A DNA stretch of 63,858 nt, counting the filler, from Hausera hauseri (lineage: Eukaryota), in NCBI GenBank assembly GCA_046269625.1. It is 12 parts of 12 records of this genome, joined end to end, with 100 filler letters (N's around TTAATTAATTAA, not from the genome) between each part and the next. Parts side by side here need not be neighbours in the genome. Positions count along the whole stretch, not along the records: positions 59,695 to 63,858 come from JBJURY010726991.1; 11 more parts are not named here. The stretch is one strand, 5' to 3'. This document shows positions 62,826 through 63,858 of the stretch, piece by piece. How positions within the stretch are numbered: position 1 is the first letter of the stretch; each line of letters begins with the position of its first letter. The translations under genes were made by a program, and so were the position numbers. The notes below the pieces were generated by a model that saw only the letters and a program-made list of their open reading frames with translations, was not told the origin of the DNA and ran no database searches.

Positions 62826-62843
62826 GTCCTTCTAGGGTTGCCA
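62826..62843 (-). promoter_or_regulatory. Primer-binding site
   Basis: Minus strand reads TTAACA-T-TGGCAACCCTAGAAGGAC, upstream of gag. Confidence 0.55.
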
Positions 62844-62844
62844 A

Positions 62845-63381
62845 TGTTAATAGTTGAAAGTGGGCCCTATCCAACATCCAACTATGACAATAATGAAACT
62901 AAAATTTAAATAATGTTATATGAGCAGATAAGTCCTAACCTTCTCGTTAGAATGTTTGCACTAGTTATGATGCGTGTGCTGCGTGCTGTGCCTTGCGTAA
63001 TTTAGAAAATTTCTCGACTTAACTATGAAGTTTAATACGATTTTAAGCCTTAATGTAGTACAAGTCCCTCGTAAGGAGTGAGGGAAACTATAAGAATTTT
63101 AGAAATACTTTATTAATAACACAAATAAAACAATACCAATAATCAACAGGGAATAATTTTCACAGTTCAAATTCAAGTAATATTCAAGTCCTTTTCCGTA
63201 TCAATCGATTCATAAAAACGTTGAGAATTCTATGCAGATCTACACTGTACACTGTTTCATTGCGTTTATATAGTAAATTGTATGCATAATTGGTAGTAGA
63301 GAATTTCTAATTTCTTCTAATTTTTCTCAATTTCATATTGGTTAATTTCATTAATCGCAGGCAGCATTTATTTTCTCCACA
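62845..63381 (-). mobile_element. 5' LTR (outer boundary approximate)
   Basis: Minus-strand TGTGG...TAACA with TATATAAA at about 63270, directly followed by the PBS. Confidence 0.5.
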
Positions 63382-63592
63382 TTTATTGTGCGAAGTTTTG
63401 CAGAGTTTCGGTATTTTCTCTGAATAATCCAAATAATTAATTGATTTTAATTGCACTGATGTATTGATTCTCTTTCGGTTTTCGCTTTCACTTTCACTTT
63501 CGTTTTCAATTTACTGTACACATACAATTTGTGATTCTCAGCTCTCTTTATAACATATATAAAGTGTCGAAAATATTTACTCTGTGATAAAA

Positions 63593-63769
63593 ATGATGTG
63601 CTCAATTTGCTTGGAAAATTATACCTCATTCAATGTGCGTATGGTCAATTGCGTTCATAGACATTGCTATAACTGTTTCACACAGTGGACTAACGTCAAC
63701 AGGTCGTGTCCAGTATGCAGGAGCAGCGCAACCAGTGCAGACGTTTTTATGAAGAGAAGCGTTTTATGA
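63593..63769 (+). CDS. Small stand-alone RING finger protein
   Basis: CSIC...C.H.HC..C...W....SCPVCR, with TATATAAA at about 63556. Confidence 0.7.
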   Translation: MMCSICLENYTSFNVRMVNCVHRHCYNCFTQWTNVNRSCPVCRSSATSADVFMKRSVL

Positions 63770-63858
63770 GCTGTCGGATATCGAAGTTGCAGACTATCGA
63801 AAGAGATGATTACACCAACAATTGGTGGGCAGCGTGGGTGGATGCGATGGACGAAGAG

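Overview
This is not one contiguous locus. It is 12 unrelated contigs joined by 11 identical 100-nt artificial spacers (44N-TTAATTAATTAA-44N). Contigs: 1-5882, 5983-11935, 12036-18218, 18319-22979, 23080-27414, 27515-33017, 33118-38818, 38919-42872, 42973-47205, 47306-55043, 55144-59594, 59695-63858. Adjacency across spacers means nothing. The DNA is eukaryotic, probably from an invertebrate, and is mostly decayed mobile or viral DNA. (i) There are at least five Ty3/Gypsy LTR retrotransposon fragments, several with unusual cargo: a Cys-to-Ser OTU-like domain after RNase H, a type-I membrane ORF plus an ISG20/REX4-like exonuclease ORF after integrase, and a Gag with a >500-aa C-terminal extension. 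(ii) There are Polinton/Maverick (adintovirus-like) fragments: three homologous copies of one structural module (ATPase, integrase, two tandem minor capsid genes, MCP, adenain protease), two divergent protein-primed PolB genes that both begin with a duplicated, unrecognised Cys/His domain, and accessory dUTPase, DEDD-like and RING genes. (iii) A chuvirus/gB-like class III glycoprotein lies in frame with a ~530-codon leader, directly behind a 58-bp hairpin whose imperfections are mostly G-U pairs. (iv) A few host-type sequences are present: ERH-like and Vps39/TGFBRAP1-like fragments, a tyrosine-motif-rich single-pass membrane protein, LINE fragments and microsatellites. No rRNA, tRNA or CRISPR array was seen. 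All family calls come from motifs recognised by eye; no database search was run.
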